DNA of 64,000 nt from Eledone cirrhosa (Eukaryota): contig OZ024744.1 in NCBI GenBank assembly GCA_964016885.1, forward strand, positions 45,508,001 through 45,572,000, given 5' to 3'. Below, piece after piece: positions 62,657-64,000 of this stretch. A model generated the notes under the pieces. That model was not told the DNA's origin and did no database searches. It worked only from the letters and a program-made list of their open reading frames with translations. Numbering within the stretch: the stretch's first letter is position 1; the number at the start of each line of letters is the position of its first letter. The position numbers and the translations under genes were made by a program.

Positions 62657-63318
62657 GCAAATTGACAATAAATTAGCCAGATAGAAATACCTTAATTCAA
62701 GTACATATAGTCCGCCTGTATCGATCTAAAAAATAATAAATCTATACTTACAGATGTAAAATGGCAACTGCCCTGGAAGAAGTATTTCTTAGAGCTTAAT
62801 AATTGTATTTGACCCCTGAGTGAAAACTCTAAATTATAATATGTCTGCTCCTTCGGTAGAGCTGAATTCATAATCCTATATTTACGGCTGTTATTTCTAG
62901 CGCCATGGATATGAGCCAGAGTGCTGGGAAAAGTCGTGTGCAAAAGCACATGTATTTGGCATGCGACAGACCAGTCTTAAGATATTTATCCTAGGTGAAG
63001 TAACTCTAATTTATCTGGGTGCCTATTGAGAATCACAGAAAATTGATTATTTCACTAATTATTATTTCATAAATAGTTATTCCGTAATTAATTAATTATT
63101 TCATTAGTATACCATCCTTTGTGAAACAGGTTTATTTTTTGAAGTTCGGACTGATCTGCTGAAAAGGTTTGAATTTTGAAATTTAAACTTGTCTAGGCAC
63201 CAGGGCAGTTGCCATTTTACGTCTGTAAGTATAGATTTATTATTTTTTAGATCGATACAGGCGGACTATATGTACTTGAATTAAGGTATTTCTATCTGGC
63301 TAATTTATTGTCAATTTG
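62657..63318. repeat. Inverted repeat with ~118-bp arms and ~425-bp spacer
   Basis: 62657-62776 is the reverse complement of 63200-63318. Confidence 0.92.
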
Positions 63319-64000
63319 TCACGGTCCTTCGTCATCTCCTCGGTGAGTTTCAGCGATCTGAGGTTCGCCCATGTTTTACGTGGTCTACCTCTACTGGGAT
63401 TTCTTGGCACTTCTTTACCCAGCGGTCATCCTCCAAGTGCATCACATGTCCATACCATCTCAGCTTTCTCTCCTGCACACCACAACTTATCCCTCTTATA
63501 CCCAGTTTCTTTCTCAACTCGTCCATGCTTGGTTGCTCACGCACATTGACATTGCACATCCAACGGAGCATACTTGCTTCATTTCTCTCCAGCCGTTGCA
63601 TATCCTCTGCAGTTGCCAACCATGTCTCACTACCATGCATCATCACGCATCTCACACAGGCATCATATAACCGTCCTTTCGTATGCAGGAAGGAACCCTT
63701 CTTTGTCAACAAAGGTAGCAGCTCCCTAAACTTCTTCCAGCCCGTCCTTATTCTAGATACTATGGCCTCGGAACAACCCCCTCCCATGCTAATCCGATCA
63801 CCTAGGTACCGGAAGCTATCAACCACTTCTATAGAACCCACCTGCATTGGAAAAATGTGTCTATCACTGCGATTAATACTGCCAACTTTCCCTGTACATG
63901 TACTGCATACGTAGTTTCCCTACCTGTTAGTTTGCCTGCTATCACACTACATTTCTTGTGTACCCAAGATCTGCATTGCTTACATTTTATAGAATTTATG
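63319..64000 (-). mobile_element. RTE family B-like C-terminal fragment
   Basis: VDSFRYLGD..RTGWKKFRELLP..LRWYGHV; similar to 53670-54375. Confidence 0.92.

Overview
AT-rich, repeat-saturated animal genomic DNA. The SINE/LINE content and (TA)n/(CAT)n microsatellites resemble an octopus/cephalopod genome (inference). No intact conventional host gene is visible. Most long ORFs are decayed retroelements: at least three RTE-clade LINE families, CR1, Penelope-like elements with GIY-YIG domains and hammerhead ribozymes, and one Gypsy RNaseH/integrase/LTR remnant. The rest are microsatellite translation artefacts. Three things stand out. (1) A ~290-bp cassette is dispersed through the window and carries a splice-site-flanked, frame-preserving (phase 1-1) 60-nt micro-exon, alongside related 60- and 66-nt exon types. 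I counted 28 copies; 22 are intact, and 16 of those are co-oriented on + between 31.6 and 56.6 kb, encoding Ser/Thr/Pro/Lys-rich 20-22 aa repeats. (2) A 3.6-kb Helitron-like insertion (36275-39874) has its empty target site present twice elsewhere in the window. It carries a short-intron SGNH-hydrolase pseudogene, a BACK-like ORF and a fold-back. (3) About ten hammerhead-ribozyme motifs and many fold-back inversions occur, several tied to Penelope-like elements. All coordinates were read by eye and may be off by a few bases.
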